A DNA stretch of 64,000 bases from the NCBI GenBank assembly GCA_963804355.1, contig CAWDQC010000010.1, forward strand, positions 1 to 64,000, written 5' to 3'. A program made the position numbers and the translations under genes. Positions 40,400 to 49,811 of this stretch are shown here, in pieces. How positions within the stretch are numbered: position 1 is the first letter of the stretch; every line of letters begins with the position of its first letter. Source of the stretch: an uncultured Pseudomonadota bacterium (GTDB taxonomy: Bacteria > Desulfobacterota > Binatia > Binatales > Binataceae). The notes beneath the pieces were generated by a model, which ran no database searches, was not told where the DNA came from, and was given only the letters and a program-made list of their open reading frames with translations.

Positions 40400-41215
40400 A
40401 TGTCTACCGAAAATCAGGATCTGCTCGTCGCCCGCCGGGACGGTGTGCTCTACCTCACGATGAACCGGCCGGATCGCTTAAATGCCCTGAGCGAGGGCAT
40501 TATCACCGGCCTGCTCGACAATCTGGGCCGCGCGGCGAACGATCGCGAGGTTGGCGCGATCGTCGTCACCGGGGCCGGCCGCGGCTTCTGCGCCGGTGGC
40601 GACATCACTCGAATGCGCGACCGCAACGAAACTACCGCACAAGCGAACCCGCCGGGTCTCGATCAACGTATCGCCAGTACCCGCCACGGCGAGGAAGTCA
40701 CCGTGATGCTTCACGAGATTCCCAAGGTGACGATCGCGGCCGTCAACGGTCCCGTCGCCGGGGCCGGCCTGGGTTTGTGCCTGTCGTGCGATATTCGTAT
40801 CGCGTCGGACGCCGCTCGCTTCGGCACCGCGTTCGCCCGCGTAGGATTCTCCGGTGATTACGGCGGCAGTTACTTCCTGACGCAGTTGGTCGGCTCGGCC
40901 AAAGCCCGCGAACTTTATTTCTCCGCCGAGATGCTCGACGCGGACGAGGCTCTGAGGCTTGGCCTGGTTAGCCGCGTCGTCCCAGCCGCCGCGCTCGCCG
41001 ACGAGGTTCACGCGTATGCGAAAAAAATTGCCGCCGGCCCCCGCGTTGCCTACGCCTACATGAAGGGAAATCTGAACGCCGCGCTTCATACCGACTTGCG
41101 CACGCTTCTCGATCGCGAGGCGGTTGGGCAGGCCCTCACCAGTCTCACCGAGGATCACAAGGAAGCGGTCAAGGCTTTCCTCGAAAAACGTGAACCCAAA
41201 TTCAATGGACGCTGA
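40400..41215 (+). CDS. Enoyl-CoA hydratase/isomerase (crotonase) family protein
   Basis: The crotonase fold shows the oxyanion-hole region FCAGGDI and AAVNGPVAGAGLGLCLSCDIRIAS, with the second catalytic region …AEMLDADEALRLGLVSRVV…. Confidence 0.85.
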   Translation: MSTENQDLLVARRDGVLYLTMNRPDRLNALSEGIITGLLDNLGRAANDREVGAIVVTGAGRGFCAGGDITRMRDRNETTAQANPPGLDQRIASTRHGEEVTVMLHEIPKVTIAAVNGPVAGAGLGLCLSCDIRIASDAARFGTAFARVGFSGDYGGSYFLTQLVGSAKARELYFSAEMLDADEALRLGLVSRVVPAAALADEVHAYAKKIAAGPRVAYAYMKGNLNAALHTDLRTLLDREAVGQALTSLTEDHKEAVKAFLEKREPKFNGR

Positions 41216-41221
41216 TTCCCG

Positions 41222-41644
41222 ATGACGATCCAGATGAACAAGCGCGAGGTCACGCAGCTTCTGACGCAGCCCAATATCGCCGTGGTTGCGGTGACCGCTC
41301 TCGACGGATCACCTCATGCCGTGCCGACCTGGTACGAGTACCGCAAGGGAGAAGTTGCGTTTATCACCGACTCGAGCGCCTTCAAATACAAATGCCTCGC
41401 CAACGATCCGCGCATCACCCTTTGCGTGGATACGCGCAAGCCGCCCTACAAGGCCGTCATCCTCAAGGGACGCGCCACCATGGAAGAGAAGCCCGTACCC
41501 GCGATGGTCGAGCGAATGGCGATCGCGTACATGGGTCAGAAAGCCGGGCGCGCGTACGTCAGCGGCTTCAAGAACGATCCCGTCGTCGTCGTGCGCTTCA
41601 AACCCGAACGAGTCATCTCATGGGATTACGCCAAAGACGAATGA
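41222..41644 (+). CDS. Pyridoxamine-5'-phosphate-oxidase-like (PPOX class, FMN/F420-binding split-barrel) small protein
   Basis: 140-aa split-barrel pattern (…VAVVAVTALDGSPHAVPTWY…ITLCVDT…). Its start lies 7 bp after the enoyl-CoA hydratase stop. Confidence 0.65.
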   Translation: MTIQMNKREVTQLLTQPNIAVVAVTALDGSPHAVPTWYEYRKGEVAFITDSSAFKYKCLANDPRITLCVDTRKPPYKAVILKGRATMEEKPVPAMVERMAIAYMGQKAGRAYVSGFKNDPVVVVRFKPERVISWDYAKDE

Positions 41645-41666
41645 ACCTACAGGCAGTGCTGGACCA

Positions 41667-42686
41667 ATGCTGAAGACGCCAATCTGTGATCTGTTTGGTC
41701 TCGACTATCCAATCGTTTGCGCCGGGATGGGCGCGGTGGCGCTCGCCGAACTGGCCGCCGCCGTTTCCGAGGCCGGAGGGCTCGGGACGATCGGGCTGGC
41801 CGCATTCGGAGCCGAAGGTATCCTGAACGAAATCACCGCCGCGCGCGGCCGCACCAAAAAGCCGCTGGCGGTTAACTTGCTCGTCCCCTTCCTGCGACCT
41901 GGAATCATCGACCTCCTGGCCGATACGCCGATCCAAGCCGTCACTCTCTTTTGGGATGACGCGCGCGCTCATGCGAACTCGATCGCCCGGCTCCATCGCT
42001 CGTCGATCAAGGTGATCTGGCAATGTGGCTCCGCCGACGAAGCCCGCTGGGCCAAGGAAGCCGGCGCGGACGCCGTCATCGCCCAGGGTTTCGAGGCAGG
42101 CGGACATGTGCGCGGCGGCGTTACGACTCTCGCGCTGATTCCCGAGGTGCGCGACGCTATCGGCGACCTGCCATTGGTCGCAGCCGGCGGGATCGGTGAT
42201 GGCCGCGGATTGGCAGCGGTCCTTGCCCTCGGGGCCGACGGCGCGGTTTTCGGCACGCGTTTCCTTGCCGCTTCCGAAGCAGCGGTCCATCCGCGATACC
42301 AGGATCGAATCCTTCGCGCGCATGCCTCGGAGACGATCCATACGACCCTCTTCGATGTCGGATGGCCCGAAGCGCCTCATCGCGTGCTGCGCACCGGCGT
42401 CGTCGATCAATGGGAACAGGCGGGACGGCCCGCAACCGGTCAGCGTCCGGGGGAGGGCGGAACGATCGCGAATTCGCGGCGACCCGATCTCGCAATACCG
42501 CTGGTCAACTACACCGTGATGCCGCCGGCGGACTACCTCGAAGGCGACGTCGATCGGCTGCCGTTTTACGCTGGACAATCCTGCAGCCTGGTACGCGACG
42601 TGGCGCCGGCAGGCGAAATCGTCCGGCGCATCGCGGCCGAAGCGAATGAAGTCATCGCCGGGCGTTTGTCCGCGATGGTGCGTTAG
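41667..42686 (+). CDS. Nitronate monooxygenase (NMO / 2-nitropropane dioxygenase family FMN enzyme)
   Basis: Starts MLKTPICDLFGLDYPIVCAGMGAVA. The FMN-binding TIM barrel shows …DAVIAQGFEAGGHVRG… and …LVAAGGIGDGRGLAAVLALGADGAVFGTRFLA…. The ORF-track N-terminal extension from 41316 is out-of-frame overlap with the preceding gene. Confidence 0.8.
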   Translation: MLKTPICDLFGLDYPIVCAGMGAVALAELAAAVSEAGGLGTIGLAAFGAEGILNEITAARGRTKKPLAVNLLVPFLRPGIIDLLADTPIQAVTLFWDDARAHANSIARLHRSSIKVIWQCGSADEARWAKEAGADAVIAQGFEAGGHVRGGVTTLALIPEVRDAIGDLPLVAAGGIGDGRGLAAVLALGADGAVFGTRFLAASEAAVHPRYQDRILRAHASETIHTTLFDVGWPEAPHRVLRTGVVDQWEQAGRPATGQRPGEGGTIANSRRPDLAIPLVNYTVMPPADYLEGDVDRLPFYAGQSCSLVRDVAPAGEIVRRIAAEANEVIAGRLSAMVR

Positions 42687-42764
42687 GTGCGCGTCGCTCG
42701 AACATATCCGACTCGCGCCCGAGCCGCGCTTTCGCCCCCTCACCTGGTTTGAAATAATCGTTCT

Positions 42765-43817
42765 GTGCCACGAAGTTTAACTCCACAAGATATTCTTGCC
42801 GCGCTCACGCGCGTTAATTATCCCGGCTATACGAGCGACATCGTCGCCCTCGGAATCATCGATGAGGTTGCGCCCATCGCCAACGGCGGCTTCGCCGTTA
42901 CTCTCCGCCAGGCCACTGGCCGGGAGGAAATTCTCCGCGACCTGGCGGGACGTATCCACCAGCTCCTCGCACATGAACTGGGCGTCAGCAAAATCGAGTT
43001 CAAGGTGCGCAAAATCGCCCCCGAACTGGGCGAGAAAGCCGGGCGCGTGCGGCTGGAAGGCACCCGCTGGGTCGTCGCCGTCGCCAGCGGCAAGGGCGGA
43101 GTCGGCAAGTCCACCGTCGCCGCCAATCTTGCGGTCGCGCTCGCGCGACTAGGTCACAAGGTCGGTTTGCTCGACGCCGATATCTACGGGCCGTCGGTAC
43201 CGATGATGTTCGGCACGAGCCAGGAGCGGCCTCGCTCGGCTGGCGGTCAGAACTTCTATCCGGTCGAAAAATACGGCGTGAAGCTGATCTCGATGGGATT
43301 TTTCCTCACCGACAAGTCGCCAGTGATCTGGCGCGGTCCGATGGTGATGGGCGCGGTGCGCCAATTCCTCAAGGACACGCTCTGGGGCACTCAGGATTTT
43401 CTCATTGTCGACCTGCCGCCTGGAACCGGCGACGCGCAACTGACCCTCGCGCAGCAGGTCGCGATCGACGGCGTCGTGATCGTCACCTCGCCCCAGGATG
43501 TTGCCCTCGCCGATGCGTTGCGCGCGGTGCGGATGTTCCGGCAGGTGCATTGCCCGCTGCTCGGAGTGGTCGAGAACATGAGCTATTTCGTCTGCCCGGA
43601 TTGCGGCGATCGCGATGATCTCTTCGGCGAGGGCGGCGGTGAGCGGATGGCGCAAGGGGAGGGCATGGATCTGCTGGCGCGCGTGCCGATCTATCCCGAA
43701 ATCTGCGAAAGCGGCGACCGCGGCATGCCTATCACCTTGGCCCTGCCCGATCATGCGGCAAGCCAGGCTTTCACCGATCTTGCCCGCCAGGTTGTGGCGG
43801 CGATGCCGGCGAATTAG
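42765..43817 (+). CDS. apbC: Mrp/NBP35/ApbC-family Fe-S cluster carrier ATPase with N-terminal DUF59-like domain
   Basis: Deviant Walker A GKGGVGKST, CxxC motif CPDCGD, and an N-terminal MIP18-like segment (…ALTRVNYPGYTSDIVALGII…). Confidence 0.9.
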   Translation: MPRSLTPQDILAALTRVNYPGYTSDIVALGIIDEVAPIANGGFAVTLRQATGREEILRDLAGRIHQLLAHELGVSKIEFKVRKIAPELGEKAGRVRLEGTRWVVAVASGKGGVGKSTVAANLAVALARLGHKVGLLDADIYGPSVPMMFGTSQERPRSAGGQNFYPVEKYGVKLISMGFFLTDKSPVIWRGPMVMGAVRQFLKDTLWGTQDFLIVDLPPGTGDAQLTLAQQVAIDGVVIVTSPQDVALADALRAVRMFRQVHCPLLGVVENMSYFVCPDCGDRDDLFGEGGGERMAQGEGMDLLARVPIYPEICESGDRGMPITLALPDHAASQAFTDLARQVVAAMPAN

Positions 43818-43877
43818 CAACTCGAACGTTCAGATTTACGACGTGACTGCCCGCTGGGGCATTTTCAACAAGTACCA

Positions 43878-44213
43878 ATGGCGACCGTTATTACCGAGGA
43901 ATGCATCAACTGCGGCGCGTGTCTGCCGCGATGTCCCAACAATGCGATTTACGAAGGCGGCGTCCGCTGGGAAGCGGACGCCGAGTCTCATGCGCCGATC
44001 GCCGAAGACATCTATTATATCGTTCCCGGGAAATGCACCGAATGTGTAGGGTTTTTCGACCACGAGGAGTGCGCAGCCTCCTGCCCTGTCGATTGCTGTA
44101 TTCCCGACCCCGAAATTCCCGAAAGTGAAGAAGCGTTGCTGGAACGCGCGCGCCTGCTTCACCCCGAAGTCAGTTTTACCAGCGATTTTCCTTCGCGCTT
44201 CCGCCCAAAATAG
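43878..44213 (+). CDS. YfhL-type 4Fe-4S ferredoxin
   Basis: CINCGACLPRCP and CTECVGFFDHEECAASCP cysteine clusters. Confidence 0.85.
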   Translation: MATVITEECINCGACLPRCPNNAIYEGGVRWEADAESHAPIAEDIYYIVPGKCTECVGFFDHEECAASCPVDCCIPDPEIPESEEALLERARLLHPEVSFTSDFPSRFRPK

Positions 44214-44552
44214 TCCGTCTTCTTCTCAGCCTGATCGCGCGCGGATTCGAGCCCAAGTGTGGCTTTTCGTCGCCGCGGGAGCAGAGTCTGCTTCTCATCG
44301 AGTCATTCGGGTAGATCCGCCGAACGAATAATCACACCTCGGCCAAGCCATTTCACGCGTCGTTCTGACTGAAGTCCGCCGGACGAAAATCGCACGGGCA
44401 CACCAGCACACTCGCTCTTCACGAAGTCATTCCGGGTGGAGACCTGCGGAAGGAAATATAACGCATGCACACCCTTTCTCACCAAGTCATTCTGAGTGGA
44501 GTCTGCGGAACGAAGAATCTCGCGGTCTCCGAACTTCCTTCCGGGTCAATCA

Positions 44553-45810
44553 CTAGAACGGGTAATTGATCCCCGAAAAAATCGCCGCGCCCTCGCCGCC
44601 CCATCCGATATCCACGTACCCGACGACGAACGGCTCCGCGATCGCCCGAAAGCCCATCCCGCCCACCGGATGCAACGAACTGAATGGGTTAACCGACATC
44701 TGTTGCCACACCCGTCCGGCTTCGAGGAACGGCGCGAGTTCGAGTATTCCATGCGTGCCGAAAAGGTCGGCCTCGAGCACGCGCGTGCGTAACTCGACGT
44801 TGCCGACGGCCAGATTGTTATCGATGAACCGGCCGGCGCCATATCCGCCAGCGTTTCCTGGTCATAGAGCAGGGATTCGTCACCGCCCAAACGGGCCATC
44901 GAGTAAAAGGGCATCTCGCTCCCGGCCGGCTGATACTGCAAATATGCGTGAGCCGCCAGGGTAAAGCGCTTCCGAAACTCCAGTAGTGGCGAACCTCGCC
45001 ACCGAAGCGCGTGTACGACACCGAACTCATAAGGCTGCGATCGGCGAATCCCCCATATATCAATGCGAGACCGCCCTTGCGCGGAATATCAATCGAGTCG
45101 CGAGTGTCGTAGGTCAATCTGAGTTCGTTGTACTCCTCGCTGCCGCCGCCGATTCCCTTGAGATGCGGATAAATCACCGTCGTTTGCGGGATCGAATCGA
45201 AAGCGCCATTCAGAATTCGTACGTAACGAGGCCTTATCACCGCCGCCAGCTGGAGCTGTTTCGTGATGTTCCAGCCGAAGAGCGCCCTGACATAGACCTG
45301 CTCGGTGGTGTAGTTGCTCTCACCGCTAAGCCCGGATTCGTTGCCGACGCCATAGAAGCGTTCGGTGGGGTCGCGCTCGAAGAACATGCGCCCGTCAAAC
45401 GACCACCAATTGTCCCGTTGCCGCCCGGTCGAATAATTCAGATCGACCACGCGCGCAATGTTTTCCTGCGCGCCGGCGAGCGCGTACCACTCGGTATCTT
45501 CGGAGGGGTACGCAAAATAGCGAACTGTACCGCCTGCCCCGAGATCGGTGTTGTTGTTGATATCCGGCGCCAGGATGCTGTTGATCTGGTTCTGATCGTC
45601 CTTGAACAGGAAAGCGAGCAGAACTCCGTAAGTCACACCGCCGTTGGGGTTCGTTGTGACTTCAGGCACCGGGATCAGTGTGAACGGCCAATCGTAGGGA
45701 TTGAACGGGGTAGGCCAGGTCTTGGGCTGCATCAGGTCGAATGCGCAAGCCGGTAGCGCTGCGCCAATCAAAGTGATTAGCCCCAAAATTGCCGTTAAGA
45801 CGCGCTTCAT
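44553..45810 (-). CDS. Omp85 / bacterial-surface-antigen (D15) family outer-membrane beta-barrel protein (short form); one or more frameshifts near 44800-44900
   Basis: Signal peptide MKRVLTAILGLITLIGAALPACA, beta-barrel body, and a C-terminus ending in an aromatic residue (…AIFSGINYPF) in ORF 44553-44780. Confidence 0.55.
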
Positions 45811-46171
45811 TCTGGTATCGTCACAATCCGCCACGCACAGACACTAACATCCCCCTGCGCGGGCCTCATCAAGTTACAGGCTCTGGCGACGCGATCAACC
45901 GCCTCGGCGACTGAAAATCAAATCTGAAATGTCAGGCCCGATTCCCGAACCCTCAGACCGGCTCCGAAATCGGCATGGATCGAGCGACGATTCGAAGGTT
46001 CCCTTCGCGATCCCCGAGCGTAATGTTTTCGCTGGCCTCAAAAATATGCAAGGATTCTGCACGATGAGAGCGGTGCGCTCGTTCTGGGCAGCCCTGACGG
46101 CAGGCAGGCCTGCGCAACTCTCCAGGCCCGACGCCTACTGTGCGCGGGCATAAACCTAAGGAGGATCCGCG

Positions 46172-47863
46172 ATGGCCAAAGCAGACGGCGGTGAACTGGT
46201 TGCGCGCATAATGCGCGAAAACCACTCGCGCTATTGTTTCGCAATCAACGGTGGGCATTTGTTTCCGATTCTGGCGAACTTGCGCTCCCACGAAATCAAA
46301 CTGATCCACATGCGCCATGAGCAGGCGACCGCGTACGCCGCCGACGCCTACGCCCGTATGACGGGCGAAGCCGGCGTATGCATGGTGACGGCAGGATGCG
46401 GCCTTACCAACGCAGTGACCGGACTATGCCTGGCGGCGATGACCAACAGCGCCGTGGTCTGCGTCTCGGGACAGCATCCCAACACCGAAGATCATCAGGG
46501 TTCCTTCCAGGAAGCGTACGGCTCCGACGTTCTGCGCAGCTTCGCCAAGTACACGAAGCGCGTCACCGACTGGAGCACCATCGAATTCGATATGCGGCTG
46601 GCATTCCGCGAGGCGCTCACCCCGCCACAAGGCGTATCGCTGGTCGAAATCCCGCAGAACATCCTCTATGCATCGGGAGAGGACAATAAGCAGCGCGCCG
46701 GTGGCCAGCGCTTCACTCCCGAGGATGTCCGCTCCGCCGGAGACCCGGCGAAAATCGACCGCGCCATCGAGCTTCTGCACGCCGCCCAGCAGCCGCTCAT
46801 CGCGGGAGGCGACGGGCTCTTCTGGTCGCAGGCAGCCCCCGAACTCAAGGAGTTCGTCGAACTGACCTCCATCCCCGTCTACGCCCGTCGCGCCGGCCAG
46901 GGTTCGGTATCGGAAGAGCATCCGCTGGCAATCCGTGGCGCCTTCAAGAAGCCGTTCACCGGACGTGCCGACGTTATCCTGACGCTTGGCTTTCGCTTCT
47001 GGAGCGGTGAGCATTTCGGCCGTCCGCCGACATGGAATGACAAGGCCAAGTACATCCAGGTTGATCCGACTCCGAGCCGTATCGGATGGCAGGTACCGGC
47101 CGAAATTCCGATGGTCGGCGACCCGAAGCTCGTCCTGCGCCAGATGATCAACCGGATCAAGGAGCTGAAACTCGATTTCTCCAAGAACCGCACCTCCAAC
47201 TGGGTCAAGGAACTCGGTGAAGTGCGCGCCAATTTCGACCGCCAGGTGGTCGAAAACGAAAAGAAGTTCCACACCAACCGGCCGATCCATCCCGCCCGTC
47301 TGACCAAGGATCTGGTCTCAGTACTCGATAAGAACGCGACCGTCGTTATCGACAGCTTCACGCTTTCGGGCTGGATGTCGCAGGGCTTCACCTCGCGCTT
47401 CCCCGGCCAGGTCATCGACGCGGGACCGCTCGCGCCCGTCGGTCATGGCTTCGGTATGGGTATCGGTGTCCAGCTGGCGCGTCCCGGCTCACAGGTGGTC
47501 TTGAGCATGGGCGACGGTGGACTCGGTATCGGCGGCTTCGATTTGGAAACCGCGGCCCGCTACAACCTGCCGATCGTTTGCGTGCTGTGGAACAACAGTT
47601 CCTGGGGTCCGAGCTTCGAGTCGATGCCGTTGCTCAAGGATCGCACCGATCCCTTCAACATTTTGCAAAACGTTCGCTACGACAAAGTCTTCTCCGAGAT
47701 GGGCTGTCACGGCGAGCATGTCGAAAACCCCGATGACATCATTCCCGCGCTGGAGCGGGCGTTCAAATCGGGCAAACCGGCTTTGGTCAACGTAATCGGC
47801 GACAAGACCGTGGGTCATCCGACCCTCGGTGGTAATCTCCTCGGTTCGACCGGTTCGAATTGA
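46172..47863 (+). CDS. Thiamine-pyrophosphate-dependent enzyme (acetolactate-synthase/benzoylformate-decarboxylase superfamily), 563 aa, intact
   Basis: The Pyr domain is N-terminal. The C-terminal TPP-binding motif is GDGGLGIGGFDLETAARYNLPIVCVLWNNSSWG (GDG…NN). Confidence 0.85.
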   Translation: MAKADGGELVARIMRENHSRYCFAINGGHLFPILANLRSHEIKLIHMRHEQATAYAADAYARMTGEAGVCMVTAGCGLTNAVTGLCLAAMTNSAVVCVSGQHPNTEDHQGSFQEAYGSDVLRSFAKYTKRVTDWSTIEFDMRLAFREALTPPQGVSLVEIPQNILYASGEDNKQRAGGQRFTPEDVRSAGDPAKIDRAIELLHAAQQPLIAGGDGLFWSQAAPELKEFVELTSIPVYARRAGQGSVSEEHPLAIRGAFKKPFTGRADVILTLGFRFWSGEHFGRPPTWNDKAKYIQVDPTPSRIGWQVPAEIPMVGDPKLVLRQMINRIKELKLDFSKNRTSNWVKELGEVRANFDRQVVENEKKFHTNRPIHPARLTKDLVSVLDKNATVVIDSFTLSGWMSQGFTSRFPGQVIDAGPLAPVGHGFGMGIGVQLARPGSQVVLSMGDGGLGIGGFDLETAARYNLPIVCVLWNNSSWGPSFESMPLLKDRTDPFNILQNVRYDKVFSEMGCHGEHVENPDDIIPALERAFKSGKPALVNVIGDKTVGHPTLGGNLLGSTGSN

Positions 47864-48028
47864 CGCATCAGTTAGCGGCGCGCGGCGAATTGCCGCGCGC
47901 CACTGTTCGGTATCGCGGGCGGAGCATCTTTCGTCTCCCGCCCGCGCTTTTTGCCTCGATATCATCGGTGGAATCATAGCCGGCGTAACCATAGCCAACG
48001 ACGGCTTGGTCGATTCCAGTGGGTCCGC

Positions 48029-48559
48029 ATGCGCTCCCCCTCGATAATCCTGCAGTTGATCGCTCTAAGTGCGTCTATCGGCGTGTTTACGGCTTGCAAG
48101 GCTGCTCCCGAGCCTCCACCCTCATGTCCGCCCGGACATACCCTGATGGGTGCGCCGCCGCCCGAGGGCCAGGAAGTCTGGTGCCAGACCAGCGTCAACG
48201 GCAAGAACGTCAAGGACGGCCTCTTCATCGTCTACAATACCGGGGGCTCGAAGATGCTCCAGGGAACCTATCGCGACGATGTGCAGGATGGCGAATGGAC
48301 CATCTGGTACGAGAATGGCCAGCGCGCCTCGATTGACCATTACAACAGCGGTGTTCAGGACGGCTTGCACACCAGCTGGTACGCCAACGGCACGATGTCC
48401 TTGAGCGGCCAGTATCATAATGGCAAGCGCGAAGGCGTCTGGACGAGCTGGGATCCGGGCGGCCTCAGCAGCCATCACCAGGTCTATAAAGACGGGCAGG
48501 TGACAAGCGAACGCCCCGCCGAGGGGATGGGCGGGGCGTCCAAATCGCAGTCAAATTGA
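48029..48559 (+). CDS. MORN-repeat lipoprotein (YwqK-like 'antitoxin-component' repeat family)
   Basis: Lipoprotein signal MRSPSIILQLIALSASIGVFTAC, followed by repeated G-x-W/Y MORN-like units (…DGEWTIWYENGQ…DGLHTSWYANGT…EGVWTSWDPGG…). Confidence 0.6.
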   Translation: MRSPSIILQLIALSASIGVFTACKAAPEPPPSCPPGHTLMGAPPPEGQEVWCQTSVNGKNVKDGLFIVYNTGGSKMLQGTYRDDVQDGEWTIWYENGQRASIDHYNSGVQDGLHTSWYANGTMSLSGQYHNGKREGVWTSWDPGGLSSHHQVYKDGQVTSERPAEGMGGASKSQSN

Positions 48560-48571
48560 GGTCGAGGTGGT

Positions 48572-49249
48572 CTAGTCTTCTTCGTCGACCGCCTGGCGAA
48601 TCGCATTCAGAATAAACAGGAAGTTGCGCGGCGCGGTGACCTTACCCAGCAGGTTGACCTGGGCCAGGACCTGAAGCTCGCGCGGACGGACCTGGTGTCG
48701 GGCCAACAACGCCTTGTTGTAGCGAAATTCCTTCCAGGCCTGGTCCTTCGCCACCACGTGCTTGGGCTTCGCACACGCGGCGACCAGAGAGCTTGCCTCC
48801 GGATGCGCCAGCGAAAAGAGCTTCTCCCGATCGATTCCCAAAACCGTCGCGATACGGCTCAGGAGCCCCAACGAAGGCCGCCGGCGATCCGTCTCGAGGT
48901 ATGCAACGTGCGCGGGCTTGACGCCGAGCTGCGCCGCCAGCGCGCGCTGCGTGAGTCCCAGCGCATGGCGCTGTTTCTGCAGCAGTTTGCCCAGGGTCTG
49001 CTTGGTGCTGCGCTTAACCGTGGCTCCAGGAGCCTTTACCGTCGCGGGACGTGCGGCCGCGGAACGATCCGCCGATTGTTCGCGCCGACTCGGCGTCGCG
49101 GGCGACTCGATTTCTTCACTTTCTTCAACTATCGCGGAAGACGGGTCTATCGCCGATTCAGCGGCGACAGCGTCGTCGAGCAAAGACGCGGGTTCGGGCT
49201 CCGCGAGATCCTGGTCCAAAACCGCGCCTTGATTTTCCGTGGCGTCCAC
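48572..49249 (-). CDS. XRE-family helix-turn-helix transcriptional regulator with acidic N-terminal extension
   Basis: The HTH is LGKLLQKQRHALGLTQRALAAQLGVKPAHVAYLETDRRRPSLGLLSRIATVLGID. A ~90-aa C-terminal domain of unknown function follows, and the N-terminus is acidic. Confidence 0.7.
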   Translation of the reverse strand: MDATENQGAVLDQDLAEPEPASLLDDAVAAESAIDPSSAIVEESEEIESPATPSRREQSADRSAAARPATVKAPGATVKRSTKQTLGKLLQKQRHALGLTQRALAAQLGVKPAHVAYLETDRRRPSLGLLSRIATVLGIDREKLFSLAHPEASSLVAACAKPKHVVAKDQAWKEFRYNKALLARHQVRPRELQVLAQVNLLGKVTAPRNFLFILNAIRQAVDEED

Positions 49250-49401
49250 TTGAAGCTACACAGCCTCCCTTACGGCCTTTGAACAACCGTTCATTCATCT
49301 AGCATGCTACGAGTTGATACGAGTTGCAATGTTATTTTTACATTCCCTATCAAAAAGTTTTGAGGACAGCGACTTGCAGTTTGTGTCGAGCTTAACTTCT
49401 T

Positions 49402-49475
49402 TTGCTAACCAAACGTTCGCTTGCTAACTGATGTTGCTAACTACTAGTTAGCACTACGCTATCCGTAAGTTAGCA
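49402..49475. promoter_or_regulatory. Cluster of operator-like repeats: three direct TTGCTAAC and two inverted GTTAGCA, including a 19-bp perfect palindrome TGCTAACTAcTAGTTAGCA
   Basis: Seen directly: TTGCTAAC at 49402, 49421 and 49434; GTTAGCA at 49447 and 49469. The site lies in an AT-rich divergent intergenic region between the XRE regulator and the small ORF starting at 49532. Confidence 0.5.
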
Positions 49476-49531
49476 GAACATCGTTTCTTGAGCTTTAAAC
49501 ACCAGCCTGCTATTTTACGACCCACTTAAAC

Positions 49532-49807
49532 ATGTTTAAAGCAACAAATCCGCGATCTAAGAAGGCCACGCGTAATCTTAAAGCGACTCAAGACCTCGTT
49601 GATGTCGAGCTTATGAGCGATCACGATAGCCTCACCAAGCTCTCGATGCTCGCCCGTTCGAGTGGCCACCTGCTGATTTGTCATCGATGCCAGAACGTGA
49701 AAAGCATCATTGCCGGCGTCCTGATTATTCACAATCGGGACGAAGCCTGGGCGCTATGCGGTCCATGTCTCAGAAAGGTACCACTCGAAGGACAACTAGC
49801 CTCCTAG
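49532..49807 (+). CDS. Small hypothetical protein (91 aa) with CxxC…CxxC zinc-ribbon-like motif
   Basis: ORF …LLICHRCQNVKSIIAGVLIIHNRDEAWALCGPCLRKV…. GC content is lower than its surroundings. It is divergent from the XRE regulator and ends 4 bp before the tldE stop (convergent). Confidence 0.35.
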   Translation: MFKATNPRSKKATRNLKATQDLVDVELMSDHDSLTKLSMLARSSGHLLICHRCQNVKSIIAGVLIIHNRDEAWALCGPCLRKVPLEGQLAS

Positions 49808-49811
49808 TAGA

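Noticed and set aside
41316-41666. N-terminal 117-aa extension of the nitronate monooxygenase ORF, overlapping the PPOX-like gene
   Set aside because: Out-of-frame read-through of the upstream gene. The NMO consensus N-terminus (MLKTPICDLFGLDYPIV…) begins at the ATG at 41667.
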